A stretch of 64,000 nt of DNA, from assembly GCA_043805415.1 (NCBI GenBank), contig JAZDHZ010000037.1:6949-70948 (forward strand), given 5' to 3'. The position numbers were made by a program, and so were the translations under genes. The stretch is from Candidatus Omnitrophota bacterium. GTDB lineage: Bacteria > Omnitrophota > Gorgyraeia > B26-G9. Positions 18,680-28,543 of this stretch are shown here, piece after piece. How positions within the stretch are numbered: the stretch's first letter is position 1; each line of letters starts with the position of its first letter. The notes under the pieces were generated by a model. That model saw only the letters and a list, made by a program, of their open reading frames with translations, was not told where the DNA came from and made no database searches.

Positions 18680-18985
18680 CTAGTGTTTAGTATCGTCAAA
18701 TACTTCAGCTTCTACATCAATAATATCTTTATCTGCCCGGCTGGATTGATTATTAACATTATAGCTATCCTCAGTTTTATTTGTTGAAGCATTCTTTATG
18801 CCAAATAATATATTCTTGCCGATCATCATCGCGCCTAGCAATAAAGCCACGAGAATTCCTCCGGCAATTAACCAGATAAAGAACCTGAAAAAAATAAGGC
18901 CAAAAAAGAAATTGAACAGCAAAAGAATGCCGATATAATAAGCTACCTTGCCTAAAAAAAATAAAGGATGAGCTGTTCTTTTCAT
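18680..18985 (-). CDS. Small membrane protein with acidic tail
   Basis: Two hydrophobic segments and a C-terminal DIIDVEAEV motif. Confidence 0.6.
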   Translation of the reverse strand: MKRTAHPLFFLGKVAYYIGILLLFNFFFGLIFFRFFIWLIAGGILVALLLGAMMIGKNILFGIKNASTNKTEDSYNVNNQSSRADKDIIDVEAEVFDDTKH

Positions 18986-19013
18986 TACTAAAAATTATTC
19001 TCCTGATTTAAAA

Positions 19014-20273
19014 TCATGCTTCTGCGCTCTTATTCGCGGCGCCAATCCCGGCCATATAACCAGTAGAAAAAGCCGCCTGGAGATTAAACCCGCCGCTTAA
19101 ACCGCTGATATCAATTACTTCGCCGCAAAAATATAGTCCCTTGACTATTTTTGATTCCATTGTTGCCGGGTTAATCTGCTTAACCGATATGCCGCCTCTT
19201 GTAACCATGGCTTCTTGTATCGGACGCAATGTTTGTACAGTTAATTGTACCTGTTTAAATATATTTATCAAGCTTCTTTTTTCCTTTTTACTTAGCTGCC
19301 CAAGGGGTTTATTAGCGCTAATCCCTGCTAAATCAAGACATACAGCAATAAGTTTTTTGGGGATTGGATCAAAGCCTATATTTTTGCACATGCACCCCGG
19401 GTTTTGGGCGATTATTAAATCTAATTTTGCCAAAACCTGCTGTTCAGTTTGGCCAGAAAACAGGTCTAGATATAAAACAACCGCTCCTTTTTTTAAACCA
19501 TCCCCAACCTCGGCACTTAAATCAAATGCTCCTGGTCCGGAAATCCCGTAATGCGCGAATACCAAATCTGCTTTTATCTGTTTTTTCTTTTTAGAATCAG
19601 CATACAAGCATATTCCGACTTGCCGCATACTTATACCCTGAAGATTTTTTATCCAGGATTCTTTAATTTGAATACCAGAAAGTCCTGGCTGAGGAGCAAC
19701 AATCTTATGCCCTGTTTTTATTGCCCATTGATAGGCTGAACCATTAGACCCCAAGTTAGGGTAGCTTTTCCCTCCAGTGGCAATGATAACTTTTTCTGCT
19801 TTTACAATTGTCTGGTCTGCCAGCTTTACTCCGATTACCTTATGTTCCTCAACAATAATATCCGTTACCAAGCTTTGGCAGCTTACGCGCACTTTATTTT
19901 TTTCCAAATATAACTGCAAAGCCTCTACTACATCAGCGGCTTTATCACTTACCGGAAATACCCTGTGATTATCTTCGATTTTTGTCAAAACTCCCAATTG
20001 TTTAAAAAAGCTAATCAAATCATTATTAAAAAATTTGTTAAAAGCATTATGCAAAAATTTTGGATTATCCACATAATAGTCTTGAAATCTATTCAAAGGA
20101 ATTTTATTAGTTAAATTGCAGCGGCCATTGCCGGTAACCCGCAGTTTTACGCCTAAGACATTATTCCGCTCAAACAAAATAACCGCTAATTCAGCTTTAG
20201 CGGCAGTTCCCGCGGCAATCATCCCTGCCGGGCCTCCGCCGACTACAATAACATCATATTTATCTTTAATCAT
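19014..20273 (-). CDS. HI0933/BaiN family NAD(P)/FAD-dependent oxidoreductase
   Basis: GGGPAGM, KLRVTGNGRCNLTN, ATGGKSYP..GS.G, VTRGGI, GLYFCGEV.DI.G..GGFNLQAA. Confidence 0.93.
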   Translation of the reverse strand: MIKDKYDVIVVGGGPAGMIAAGTAAKAELAVILFERNNVLGVKLRVTGNGRCNLTNKIPLNRFQDYYVDNPKFLHNAFNKFFNNDLISFFKQLGVLTKIEDNHRVFPVSDKAADVVEALQLYLEKNKVRVSCQSLVTDIIVEEHKVIGVKLADQTIVKAEKVIIATGGKSYPNLGSNGSAYQWAIKTGHKIVAPQPGLSGIQIKESWIKNLQGISMRQVGICLYADSKKKKQIKADLVFAHYGISGPGAFDLSAEVGDGLKKGAVVLYLDLFSGQTEQQVLAKLDLIIAQNPGCMCKNIGFDPIPKKLIAVCLDLAGISANKPLGQLSKKEKRSLINIFKQVQLTVQTLRPIQEAMVTRGGISVKQINPATMESKIVKGLYFCGEVIDISGLSGGFNLQAAFSTGYMAGIGAANKSAEA

Positions 20274-20302
20274 TATTTTATTCCACTTCCTCTTATATAC
20301 GC

Positions 20303-20434
20303 AACGGGTAAAAACACATCTTCTCGCTAAGCCTGAGCCTGCATCGTGCAGTCTCAGCCGCGCGTTCTCACTATTTTGATATCCATATCAAAATTACGTT
20401 CAAAAGCGCCGCTCGAAGAGAATTTTTACCCGTT
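20303..20434. repeat. Structured intergenic element (terminal inverted repeats plus two internal hairpins), MITE- or ncRNA-like
   Basis: Ends AACGGGTAAAAA...TTTTTACCCGTT. Internal hairpins CTGAGCCTGCA-TCG-TGCAGTCTCAG and TTTTGATAT-CC-ATATCAAAA. Confidence 0.65.
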
Positions 20435-20443
20435 TTTACTTTT

Positions 20444-20529
20444 AACCATGAGCCATCAACTATCAGCCAAACTGCTATTCATGCTTTTAATCTTTTAACT
20501 CATAACTTATAATTAGTAATTCATAACTA
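20444..20529. repeat. Two degenerate heptamer arrays
   Basis: AACCATG AGCCATC AACTATC AGCC, then TAACTCA TAACTTA TAATTAG TAATTCA TAACT. Confidence 0.6.
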
Positions 20530-20534
20530 TTTTT

Positions 20535-21023
20535 TTAATCGCTTTTTATCCAAAGCTTCTTCAGATCTTCGGTTATTTGCGCTGCGATTCCGCTGTCCAA
20601 ATCAGCTTTTTCTTCCTGCGCATAATCCTGATTGTTCTTTTTTGCTATTTTTGAGTTGTTGATAAATTCTTTTACTGAGCTTACGTTCGCGCCGATTGAA
20701 CGGCAATAAAACATTATCTCTTTATCATCAGTAACCACAACTACGCACTTGGGATTTTTTGCGCGCTCCACCATTTTTTTAATCTTATCGTCAGCAGATT
20801 CTCCTTTACTAAAAATCACATTAATATCTGATTTAAGCTGCGGGCTGCAAACATCAGATTTGCCGTCAAAAACCAGGGTAACCTCATTGCGCTTGCTCCC
20901 CTGCGGCTTATAAAGCTCAATAAATTTAACCAGGCCCTCTCTGCCGGAACGCAGTTTCTTGCCCGTTAAAAAAGAAACCTGTTTAATCACATTATATCCA
21001 TCGATTATATAGTGAAGAGCCAT
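20535..21023 (-). CDS. NYN-domain (YacP/Rae1-like) RNase
   Basis: IIDGYNV, LVFDG, FSKGESADD.I and VVTDD.EI. Confidence 0.88.
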   Translation of the reverse strand: MALHYIIDGYNVIKQVSFLTGKKLRSGREGLVKFIELYKPQGSKRNEVTLVFDGKSDVCSPQLKSDINVIFSKGESADDKIKKMVERAKNPKCVVVVTDDKEIMFYCRSIGANVSSVKEFINNSKIAKKNNQDYAQEEKADLDSGIAAQITEDLKKLWIKSD

Positions 21024-21050
21024 AATATTGATTAAATATTGAAAATTAAA

Positions 21051-21139
21051 GTAGGGGCGGGGTCTTCCCGCCCGAATCAGATCATTAATAATAAAAAATG
21101 TGATTATGCAATTAACAGGCGCGGAAACCGCGCCCCTAC
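21051..21139. repeat. REPIN-like inverted doublet of GTAG-type REP palindromes
   Basis: GTAGGGGCGGGGTCTTCCCGCCC (21051-21073) and, on the minus strand, GTAGGGGCGCGGTTTCCGCGCCTG (21116-21139), separated by an AT-rich spacer. Confidence 0.8.
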
Positions 21140-21168
21140 GTTAGGTAAAATTTACCCTCATCTTAACG

Positions 21169-22203
21169 TTATTTATTCTCTAAACTCGCTCTGAGCTGGC
21201 CGCAAGCTCCTTTGATATCACTGCCTCTTGAGCGGCGTATCGTATAATTTATTCTGTTTTTTTCAAGCACTTTGCAAAAAGCGTCAAACGCTTCCTTTGT
21301 TACCGGCAAATAATCCACAGATTGCACCGGATTAAACGGGATTAAATTAACTTTTGCCTGAAATCCTTTAAGCAAGTTGCTTAGGTTTTTAGCATCTTCT
21401 TTTGAATCATTAACTGAACCGATTATAACATATTCAAAGGTAACAATCCGATTCGCGATTTTACTATATTGCTTCGCGGTTTTGATTAACTCGTCAAGCG
21501 GATATTTTCGATTAACCGGCATAAGTTTACTGCGCAGCTTATCTTCTGCCGCGTGCAAAGAAATTGACAGTTCTACTTGCATCCCCTCTTTTGCCAGAGC
21601 AATGATCTGAGGACAAAGTCCGCAGGTTGAAAGTGTGATTTTTCGCGCGCCGATTCCAAAACAATCCGGATCATTGAATATTTTTAGAGATTTTATTATA
21701 TTCTCATAGTTAGCCAATGGCTCACCCATGCCCATAATAACAATATTTGTTATTTGGCGTCGCGGATTGTCATTTTTTACCAGTAATACCTGAGCCGCTA
21801 TCTCGTCAACCCGCAGGTTACGGACAAAACCATTCTTGCCGCTTGCGCAAAAAACACAGCCATAAGCGCATCCAACTTGACTCGAGATACAAATTGTCGC
21901 TCTTTTTTTAGTCGGAATAAAAACAGTTTCGATAATTTTTCCGTCATTTGTATTAAAAATATATTTTAATGTATTGTCCTTTTTTGATGTGAATTTATCC
22001 AACTGCTTTAGCGCGACAATATCCAGCTTATCAGTTAAAAGCTGTTTAAAATCTTTGGGCAGATTACTCATTTCATTATATGCCAATATATTTTTTTTAT
22101 AAATCCATTCAATTAGCTGCATTGCCCGATATGCCGGCTGTTTGTATTTCTCAAGTAATCCTTTTACCTCAAATGGTAAAAAATTGGTTATGATTTTTTT
22201 CAT
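21169..22203 (-). CDS. rlmN: 23S rRNA m2A2503/tRNA methyltransferase RlmN
   Basis: CISSQVGCAYGCVFCASG, MGMGEPL, SLHA, VNLIPFN and GSDIKGACGQL. Confidence 0.96.
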   Translation of the reverse strand: MKKIITNFLPFEVKGLLEKYKQPAYRAMQLIEWIYKKNILAYNEMSNLPKDFKQLLTDKLDIVALKQLDKFTSKKDNTLKYIFNTNDGKIIETVFIPTKKRATICISSQVGCAYGCVFCASGKNGFVRNLRVDEIAAQVLLVKNDNPRRQITNIVIMGMGEPLANYENIIKSLKIFNDPDCFGIGARKITLSTCGLCPQIIALAKEGMQVELSISLHAAEDKLRSKLMPVNRKYPLDELIKTAKQYSKIANRIVTFEYVIIGSVNDSKEDAKNLSNLLKGFQAKVNLIPFNPVQSVDYLPVTKEAFDAFCKVLEKNRINYTIRRSRGSDIKGACGQLRASLENK

Positions 22204-22287
22204 AATAACCCACTTTCTAATAATTCAAACTTGCTATTATTATACTATTTTATCTATATTTATGTTGATTTAAAAAATTTTTCCTGA

Positions 22288-24105
22288 CTACCACTCAACC
22301 TCAACTCCGGTAAAAAACCACCTGCCCGGCATCGGAATATTCCCTTTTTCGGCATAACCGTGATTAAAAAGATTATCGACTTTTACAAAAATTTTATAGT
22401 TGTTTATGGTTTTATCCAATCTGCTGTTTATAATAAAATCTCCGGCTTTATCTGAACGCCGCAGATAAATAAGGCTATTATCTGCTGTAATCCCGCAGGG
22501 CAGTAAATTAATTACCCCGCCGACAAATTTATGTTCTAAATAGTCAAAAACATATTTTGAAATTAAGCCATTTTCCTGCTGATTGCGATCGACAAAAGAA
22601 TATCCCAAATATATTTCCTGCCAATGTTTTAAACTCATCTTAACATTTTTTGGGTATATTCTCAAATCAGCTTGAATCCCGTTTGTATCAACTCTGGCAA
22701 TATTCATAATATTATATACTGTTGATTCTGGAGTTCTCACCCAATCAATAATATCTTTACCTTCACTTTTAAAACAACTTATTGACATTAAGTAATTTGG
22801 CTGGATATAATCTGCTCCCAGCTCATAATTATTCGAGCGCTCCGGGGCTAAATTCTCATTGCCGATATTAGACGGGCTTTGATAATAAAGTTCGGTAAAA
22901 GTAGGCGCTCTAAATGACTGACTAAACGCTGAGCGCAGCTTTAGATCATTATTTAAATAATAGCCAACACTGATATCCGGAGTCGCCTGATTTTTAAACC
23001 CTTGATAAAAATAACCGCTTAAACCTAGTGAAAAAAGCCATTGTGAAAGCTTTTGGCTATAAGCAGTATAAACTGTATTTCTTTGCCTTGCATGCTGATT
23101 TAAATTACTGCTATCAATACTTTCTCTGGCTGTGTCAATCCCGGCAAATACTTTTCCCTCAGCCCAGGCCCCAACAATATCAAGCTTAGCGCCTTTGACA
23201 TAATTTAAATGAATATTTTCATAAAAAGCCGGATTTGTTTTATCTAATAAAAACCGGTCGCTTTGTCGGCGAATATAAATCTGAGGATTAAGGTAAAAGT
23301 TATCCAACTCTGATTTGATCCCCAGACTGCTAAAAGTGGTTTTTGTATGTTCTTGCTGATTTGGGAAAAACTCCGAGTAAAATCCATTTGCGCCAAACTC
23401 TTTATCCAGCACGCCTAACTTAAACTGCACATCCCCATATTCACTGTCAAAACAACTAATATGAGAAAAATTCATGATTTCAAAATCAGTATTATCTTGA
23501 TAACCGTCCGCTGAGCTTATTCCTATACTCGTGCGCGTATTAATCTTAGCCACTGGCTGAACAACGGAAAGCTGCTGCGAAGAAAAACTATGTTCGCCAA
23601 AAGCCGCTTTTACTTTAATCGACTCTCCCTGCGGATCTTTTGTAACAATATGCACAGAGCCGCCCGGTCGACCAGCTCCGTTGATTGCTGCAGCAGGCCC
23701 GGGGATTACTATCATTTTATCAATATCTTCGCTTAAAAACGGAATATCCAGATTAAAATGCCCGGTTTGAGGGTCATTAACTTTTATTCCATCAATTAAA
23801 ACATCGGTTTGTTCAAAACTTGCTCCGCGCATCTGCAAATCAGACTGCACGGAAAAAGGCCCCCGGGTTTGAATATCCGCAAAGGAGATTTTATTTAAGT
23901 CTTCTATTACCGGGATATCCAGATCTTCCCTGTATTCCATATGCCGCAATGAGTTTGCGTAATATTCATTAAGCACAGAGGGATAAACGATTACTGGCTC
24001 AAGATAATAGTCTTGATTTTGATTATTTTCCGCAAAACAAGGATTAGCATTAATCATGCACAAAAAAAACATTGCCAGTATATTAAAACCGCGCGTGTAA
24101 TCCAT
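22288..24105 (-). CDS. TonB-dependent receptor (BtuB/CirA-like)
   Basis: Signal peptide; plug motifs MRGASFEQT.VLIDG and GGSVHIVTK; FRAPTFTELY, L.PE.S..YELG and NLFN..Y; C-terminal W. Start reassigned to ATG 24105. Confidence 0.9.
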   Translation of the reverse strand: MDYTRGFNILAMFFLCMINANPCFAENNQNQDYYLEPVIVYPSVLNEYYANSLRHMEYREDLDIPVIEDLNKISFADIQTRGPFSVQSDLQMRGASFEQTDVLIDGIKVNDPQTGHFNLDIPFLSEDIDKMIVIPGPAAAINGAGRPGGSVHIVTKDPQGESIKVKAAFGEHSFSSQQLSVVQPVAKINTRTSIGISSADGYQDNTDFEIMNFSHISCFDSEYGDVQFKLGVLDKEFGANGFYSEFFPNQQEHTKTTFSSLGIKSELDNFYLNPQIYIRRQSDRFLLDKTNPAFYENIHLNYVKGAKLDIVGAWAEGKVFAGIDTARESIDSSNLNQHARQRNTVYTAYSQKLSQWLFSLGLSGYFYQGFKNQATPDISVGYYLNNDLKLRSAFSQSFRAPTFTELYYQSPSNIGNENLAPERSNNYELGADYIQPNYLMSISCFKSEGKDIIDWVRTPESTVYNIMNIARVDTNGIQADLRIYPKNVKMSLKHWQEIYLGYSFVDRNQQENGLISKYVFDYLEHKFVGGVINLLPCGITADNSLIYLRRSDKAGDFIINSRLDKTINNYKIFVKVDNLFNHGYAEKGNIPMPGRWFFTGVEVEW

Positions 24106-24156
24106 ATTCAATATCCCCTTTTTGCCGATCGCGTCAACTGGATGCTTTAATCTGGT

Positions 24157-24171
24157 TGACAATCATTGTAA
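24157..24171. promoter_or_regulatory. Fur-box-like 7-1-7 palindrome upstream of the TonB receptor
   Basis: TGACAAT-C-ATTGTAA matches TGATAAT-N-ATTATCA at 11 of 14 positions and overlaps a minus-strand TACAAT -10-like hexamer. Confidence 0.45.
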
Positions 24172-24189
24172 AAAAAATACATTAAATTC

Positions 24190-25455
24190 CTAAAACAGTG
24201 GATCAAGCAATGCCAGTATTCTTTGCCCACTGCCTTGATTTTGGGCAATTACATTTTTCGCGTTAATTATTAAACTATCTCTTTTTGATTTACTTGTCAA
24301 TAATTCGTTCAGGCAATTTCCTAATTCAGCTAAATCATTCACACAAACTGCCGCGTGATTATCTAAAAACAATTTAACAACTTCCGCGAAATTAAACATA
24401 TATTTACCAAAAACTATCGGCTTGCCCAGGCTGGCCGGCTCAATCGGATTTTGACCGCCATGTTTAATTAAGCTGCCGCCGACAAAAACAATATCGGCTA
24501 ATTGATAATAATCTGTCAGCACTCCCATCATGTCTAAAAGAAAAATCTTGTCTTGTCCTGCCGCGGCATCGCTATTTATTAATTGGCTGATTAAAACCGC
24601 GGACATGTCCTCTGATTCTAACATCGCTGCTATTTGATTAACTCGCTGCGGATGCCGCGGGGCAATCAGCAAACGGATATTTTTATCCTCAGCTTTTAAT
24701 TTCTTAAAAATTTTGGCGATTTGCTGCTCTTCATTATCATGAGTACTGCCTGCCACAATAAGCCGCTGCCCTGGCTTTAGACCAATATTTGGTAAATTAT
24801 CCTGTTCCGGCTTGGCTATTTGATCAAATTTTATATTCCCAACTACATGGACACATTGTTCATCAGCGCCAAGTTCTATTATTCTCCGAGCGTCAAGTTT
24901 TGTTTGCATGCACAGCAAATCAATCTTTTTTATTATCGGCTGGAAGAAAAATCCAGCCCTTTGGTATCTGGGAAAAGCTTTATCTGATATCCTCCCGTTG
25001 ACTATAACAATTTTTATATTTTTTTTAGCGGCGATATTTATCGCGTTCGGCCAAAGCTCTGTTTCCATGATAAGCAAAAGTTTCGGAGACAGCAGCGAAA
25101 ACACTTTATTAATAATCCAGCTTAAATCAAAAGGAAAATAAATAACAATATCCTCTTTAGCCGCGAGCTGTAAAGCAACCTTATTTCCCGTAGGAGTAAT
25201 TGTAGAAATTATTAATTTAAGCTCGGGATGTTTATCGCGCAATTGCTTAATTAATGGAGCAGCGGCTTTTATTTCTCCGACACTGACCGCGTGCAGCCAA
25301 ACCGAAAATCTCTCTTTGCGCATCCTTTGTCTTAAGGCGGCTGAATAGATTCCAAATCTCTGGAAAAAACCTGCTCTATATTTGCCTTTAAAAATAAGTT
25401 CCGGCAAATACAAAATTGATAATATTAAATAAATACAATCCAATACAATTATCAT
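24190..25455 (-). CDS. waaA: Kdo transferase
   Basis: WLHAVSVGE, STITPTG, METELWPN, NGRIS, GNIKFD, AGSTH, APRHPQR and GGSL..HGGQNPIEP. Confidence 0.96.
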   Translation of the reverse strand: MIIVLDCIYLILSILYLPELIFKGKYRAGFFQRFGIYSAALRQRMRKERFSVWLHAVSVGEIKAAAPLIKQLRDKHPELKLIISTITPTGNKVALQLAAKEDIVIYFPFDLSWIINKVFSLLSPKLLLIMETELWPNAINIAAKKNIKIVIVNGRISDKAFPRYQRAGFFFQPIIKKIDLLCMQTKLDARRIIELGADEQCVHVVGNIKFDQIAKPEQDNLPNIGLKPGQRLIVAGSTHDNEEQQIAKIFKKLKAEDKNIRLLIAPRHPQRVNQIAAMLESEDMSAVLISQLINSDAAAGQDKIFLLDMMGVLTDYYQLADIVFVGGSLIKHGGQNPIEPASLGKPIVFGKYMFNFAEVVKLFLDNHAAVCVNDLAELGNCLNELLTSKSKRDSLIINAKNVIAQNQGSGQRILALLDPLF

Positions 25456-25483
25456 ATAATCCTTGATGTTTTAAAGGCACTTA

Positions 25484-26356
25484 TCAGGCCCGGGGATGGG
25501 TCAAATCATAAACACTTTTAAGCTTTTCTGTGGAAAGATGAGTATAGATCGTAGTTGTGGCTAAGTTCGCGTGGCCTAAAAGTTCCTGTACTGAACGCAG
25601 ATCAGCACCCCGGTTTAAAAGATGGGTCGCGAAAGAATGGCGTAAACTATGCGGAGAAATGTCGCCGCGCACACTGGCAACTTTAATATGTTTATCAATA
25701 ATATTACGCACACTGCGATCAGTAAGACGTCTCCCATCTTTATTTAAGAATAATATCCTGTTTGATAAGTTAGCATCTTTACTTCTTTTTTGAAGATAGC
25801 TTTTGATCACCCGTAAGGCCTTATCGCCGATAGGAGCTAACCTTTCTTTTTTTCCTTTGCCGAATACTCTGATTACTCCGGAAATAAAATCAATATGCTC
25901 TACATTTAAACCCACTAATTCGCTTACCCGAACACCGGTGCTGTATAAAGTTTCTAAGATTGCCTTATCGCGTAATCCGGCAATATCGCTTATATCCGGG
26001 GCATCGAGCAATTTTGTCATATCATCTTCACTGAGAAAAATCGGTAGTTTTTTTTCCAGCTTTGGACCGACTAATCCCACCATGGGATTTAGCTTTATAT
26101 GTCCTTCGCGGCATAAAAATTTAAAGAATGATCTAAGGCATGCCATCTTTCGGGCAATAGTGACTTTCTTAAACCCTTTTTGCCTTAAACTGACCAGAAA
26201 TTTACGCACATCTAAAACATCAATATCTTTTAATTCTTTAGTGTCAATAAATAAGGAAAGCTCTTTTAGGTCTACACTGTAATTAATCAGCGTATGAACA
26301 GAGGAATTTTTTTCAACCTTAAGATAATTAAGAAATTTATCAATATAGCGTTCCAT
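25484..26356 (-). CDS. xerC: Tyrosine recombinase XerC
   Basis: LYSTGVRVSEL, GKGKKER, HSLRHSFATHLL, VQELLGHA and TTIYT; downstream of topA. Confidence 0.88.
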   Translation of the reverse strand: MERYIDKFLNYLKVEKNSSVHTLINYSVDLKELSLFIDTKELKDIDVLDVRKFLVSLRQKGFKKVTIARKMACLRSFFKFLCREGHIKLNPMVGLVGPKLEKKLPIFLSEDDMTKLLDAPDISDIAGLRDKAILETLYSTGVRVSELVGLNVEHIDFISGVIRVFGKGKKERLAPIGDKALRVIKSYLQKRSKDANLSNRILFLNKDGRRLTDRSVRNIIDKHIKVASVRGDISPHSLRHSFATHLLNRGADLRSVQELLGHANLATTTIYTHLSTEKLKSVYDLTHPRA

Positions 26357-26368
26357 TTATCCATCCTG

Positions 26369-28357
26369 CTAATTATCAGTATCAGTTACTTGCCCGTCTG
26401 TAGGTAGTGTTTTTGAGATATATGTACATTTAGGATAGTTGCTGCAGCCGTAAAACTGCATCCCTCTCTTAGAGCGACGCAGAATAAGTTCTCCTCCGCA
26501 ATCCGGCTGAGGACACTTTACTCCTAAAGATATTGATTTCGCGTTGCGGCATTCCGGAAAACCGGAACAGCTTAAAAATTTGCCGGAACGAGACCATTTA
26601 ATAACCATCGGCTTGCCGCATTTTTCGCAATTTTCATCAGTTTCCACAACTTCTTTTTTTAAATTTGTCTGAGCAAAAGTAAGTCTCTTCTTAAATGGAG
26701 TATAAAAATCTTTTAAGGCTTTTATCCAATCAAGCGTGCCTTCTTCGACTTTATCCAATTCTTCTTCCATGGTCGCGGTAAAAGCAACATTAATAATATC
26801 AGGGAAATACTCAACTAAGATATCAGTAACTTTCATCCCCAGCTCAGTACAAGTCAGATAACCTTTTTCCCTACGGATATAATTCCGAAAAATCAAAGTA
26901 TGCACAATCGGCGCGTAAGTACTTGGCCGGCCTATGCCTTTTTCTTCTAAAGCTTTTACCAAAGAAGATTCGGAATATCTTGCCGGAGGGCGCGTAAAAT
27001 GCTGACTCGGGATTAATTTAAGAAGAGTTAAATTTTCACCTTTTGTTATCTCGGGAATTAAATTTTCTTTTTCCGCTAAATCTTCTTTGTAAGCTTTTAA
27101 AAACCCTTCGAACTTAATCACCGATCCGCTAGCGCTAAACAAGTATTTACCCGCGGTTATTTCAATTGTGCTGATAGTAGACACCGCCGACTCCATTTGA
27201 GAAGCAACCGTTCTTCTCCAGATAAGTTCATATAGTTTATACTGCTCCTGGCTTAAAAAGGGCTGCATCTGGCTGGGAGTGCGGGCAATTGATGTCGGCC
27301 TTATGGCTTCATGCGCTTCTTGGGCGGATTTTTTTGATTTATAAACATTTGGCTTTGCCGGCAAATACTCCGAGCCAAAATTATCTTTAATATATTGCCT
27401 TGTCTGCGCTAAAGCGATATCAGCAATTTTCACAGAATCAGTACGCATATAACTAATAAGCCCTATCGGATCTTGCTGTCCAAGATCAATGCCTTCATAT
27501 AGCTGCTGAGCAATTAACATTGTCTTGCGGGCAGTATATTTAAGCTTATTAAACGCGTCCTGCTGCAGGGTGCTGGTTATAAACGGAGCATAAGGATTCC
27601 GCTTTTTGTCTTTTTTACTAACCGACGAAACTATATATTCGGCATTGTCTAATTTTTCAATAATCCCCTCTACCTGCTCTTGCTTGGCTAACTCAATTTT
27701 CTTTCCATCGCATTTAACTAATTCCGCGGTAAATTCTTCAAAAGCCGCTTGCTGGCGTTTTAAATTTGCTTCAACCTTCCAATACTCCTCGGGGATAAAA
27801 TTCTGAATTTGCCGCTCTCGGATAACAATAAGCTTTAAAGATACTGATTGAACTCTGCCGGCACTTAATCCTTTGGCTACTTTTTTCCACAATAATGGGC
27901 TTAAAAAATAACCGACAACCCTATCTAAGACTCTTCTTGCCTGCTGAGCATTTACCATGTTCAAATCCAATTCACTGGGATGCTTAAACGCCTGCTTAAT
28001 CGCCTCAGGCGTTATCTCGTGAAAAACAACCCGAAGAAATTTGCGGCTTTTTTTCTTATCCTGCAGCTGCTCCTTTAAATGCCAACTGATCGCTTCACCC
28101 TCTCGATCTTGGTCAGTGGCCAAATAAATAATTTCTGATGTTTTTACCTCTTTTTTTAATTGACTAAGAGTTTTTTTCTTGCCAGGAATAACAACATAAG
28201 TCAGAGCAAAGTCCTGATCTACATCAACGCCTATTTTCCTGCGCGGTAAATCAATAATATGACCCATCGAAGAATAAACAACATAATTCTTACCAAGAAT
28301 TTTGCCGATTGTTCTCGCCTTGGTCGGGGACTCTACAATAACTAAATTTTTCATCAA
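26369..28357 (-). CDS. topA: DNA topoisomerase I
   Basis: IVESPTKA, ATDQDREGEAI, SAGRVQS, SYMRTDS, QEAHEAIRPT and GIGRPSTYA, plus two C-terminal zinc ribbons. Confidence 0.97.
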   Translation of the reverse strand: MMKNLVIVESPTKARTIGKILGKNYVVYSSMGHIIDLPRRKIGVDVDQDFALTYVVIPGKKKTLSQLKKEVKTSEIIYLATDQDREGEAISWHLKEQLQDKKKSRKFLRVVFHEITPEAIKQAFKHPSELDLNMVNAQQARRVLDRVVGYFLSPLLWKKVAKGLSAGRVQSVSLKLIVIRERQIQNFIPEEYWKVEANLKRQQAAFEEFTAELVKCDGKKIELAKQEQVEGIIEKLDNAEYIVSSVSKKDKKRNPYAPFITSTLQQDAFNKLKYTARKTMLIAQQLYEGIDLGQQDPIGLISYMRTDSVKIADIALAQTRQYIKDNFGSEYLPAKPNVYKSKKSAQEAHEAIRPTSIARTPSQMQPFLSQEQYKLYELIWRRTVASQMESAVSTISTIEITAGKYLFSASGSVIKFEGFLKAYKEDLAEKENLIPEITKGENLTLLKLIPSQHFTRPPARYSESSLVKALEEKGIGRPSTYAPIVHTLIFRNYIRREKGYLTCTELGMKVTDILVEYFPDIINVAFTATMEEELDKVEEGTLDWIKALKDFYTPFKKRLTFAQTNLKKEVVETDENCEKCGKPMVIKWSRSGKFLSCSGFPECRNAKSISLGVKCPQPDCGGELILRRSKRGMQFYGCSNYPKCTYISKTLPTDGQVTDTDN

Positions 28358-28381
28358 TTTTATCCTTGTTTATTTTCAGCT

Positions 28382-28410
28382 ATAATATCGCATTTAAAAA
28401 GTCCCGTCAA
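28382..28410 (-). promoter_or_regulatory. sigma70-type promoter of topA
   Basis: Minus strand TTGACG-17 nt-TATTAT. Confidence 0.6.
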
Positions 28411-28543
28411 TAGCCAAGGTTAATAATTATTTAGGAGCTAAACAGATCCTAAATGCCTAACATCTTTAAAAATCGATACTTATAGTAATATATTACTTGT
28501 TTTATTGATCTGATTATAGGAAGTAAATGCTGGAATTAAAAAA

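Noticed and set aside
25484-26356. Phage or island integrase
   Set aside because: Size, motifs and position after topA fit housekeeping XerC; no att sites, tRNA or phage genes are nearby.
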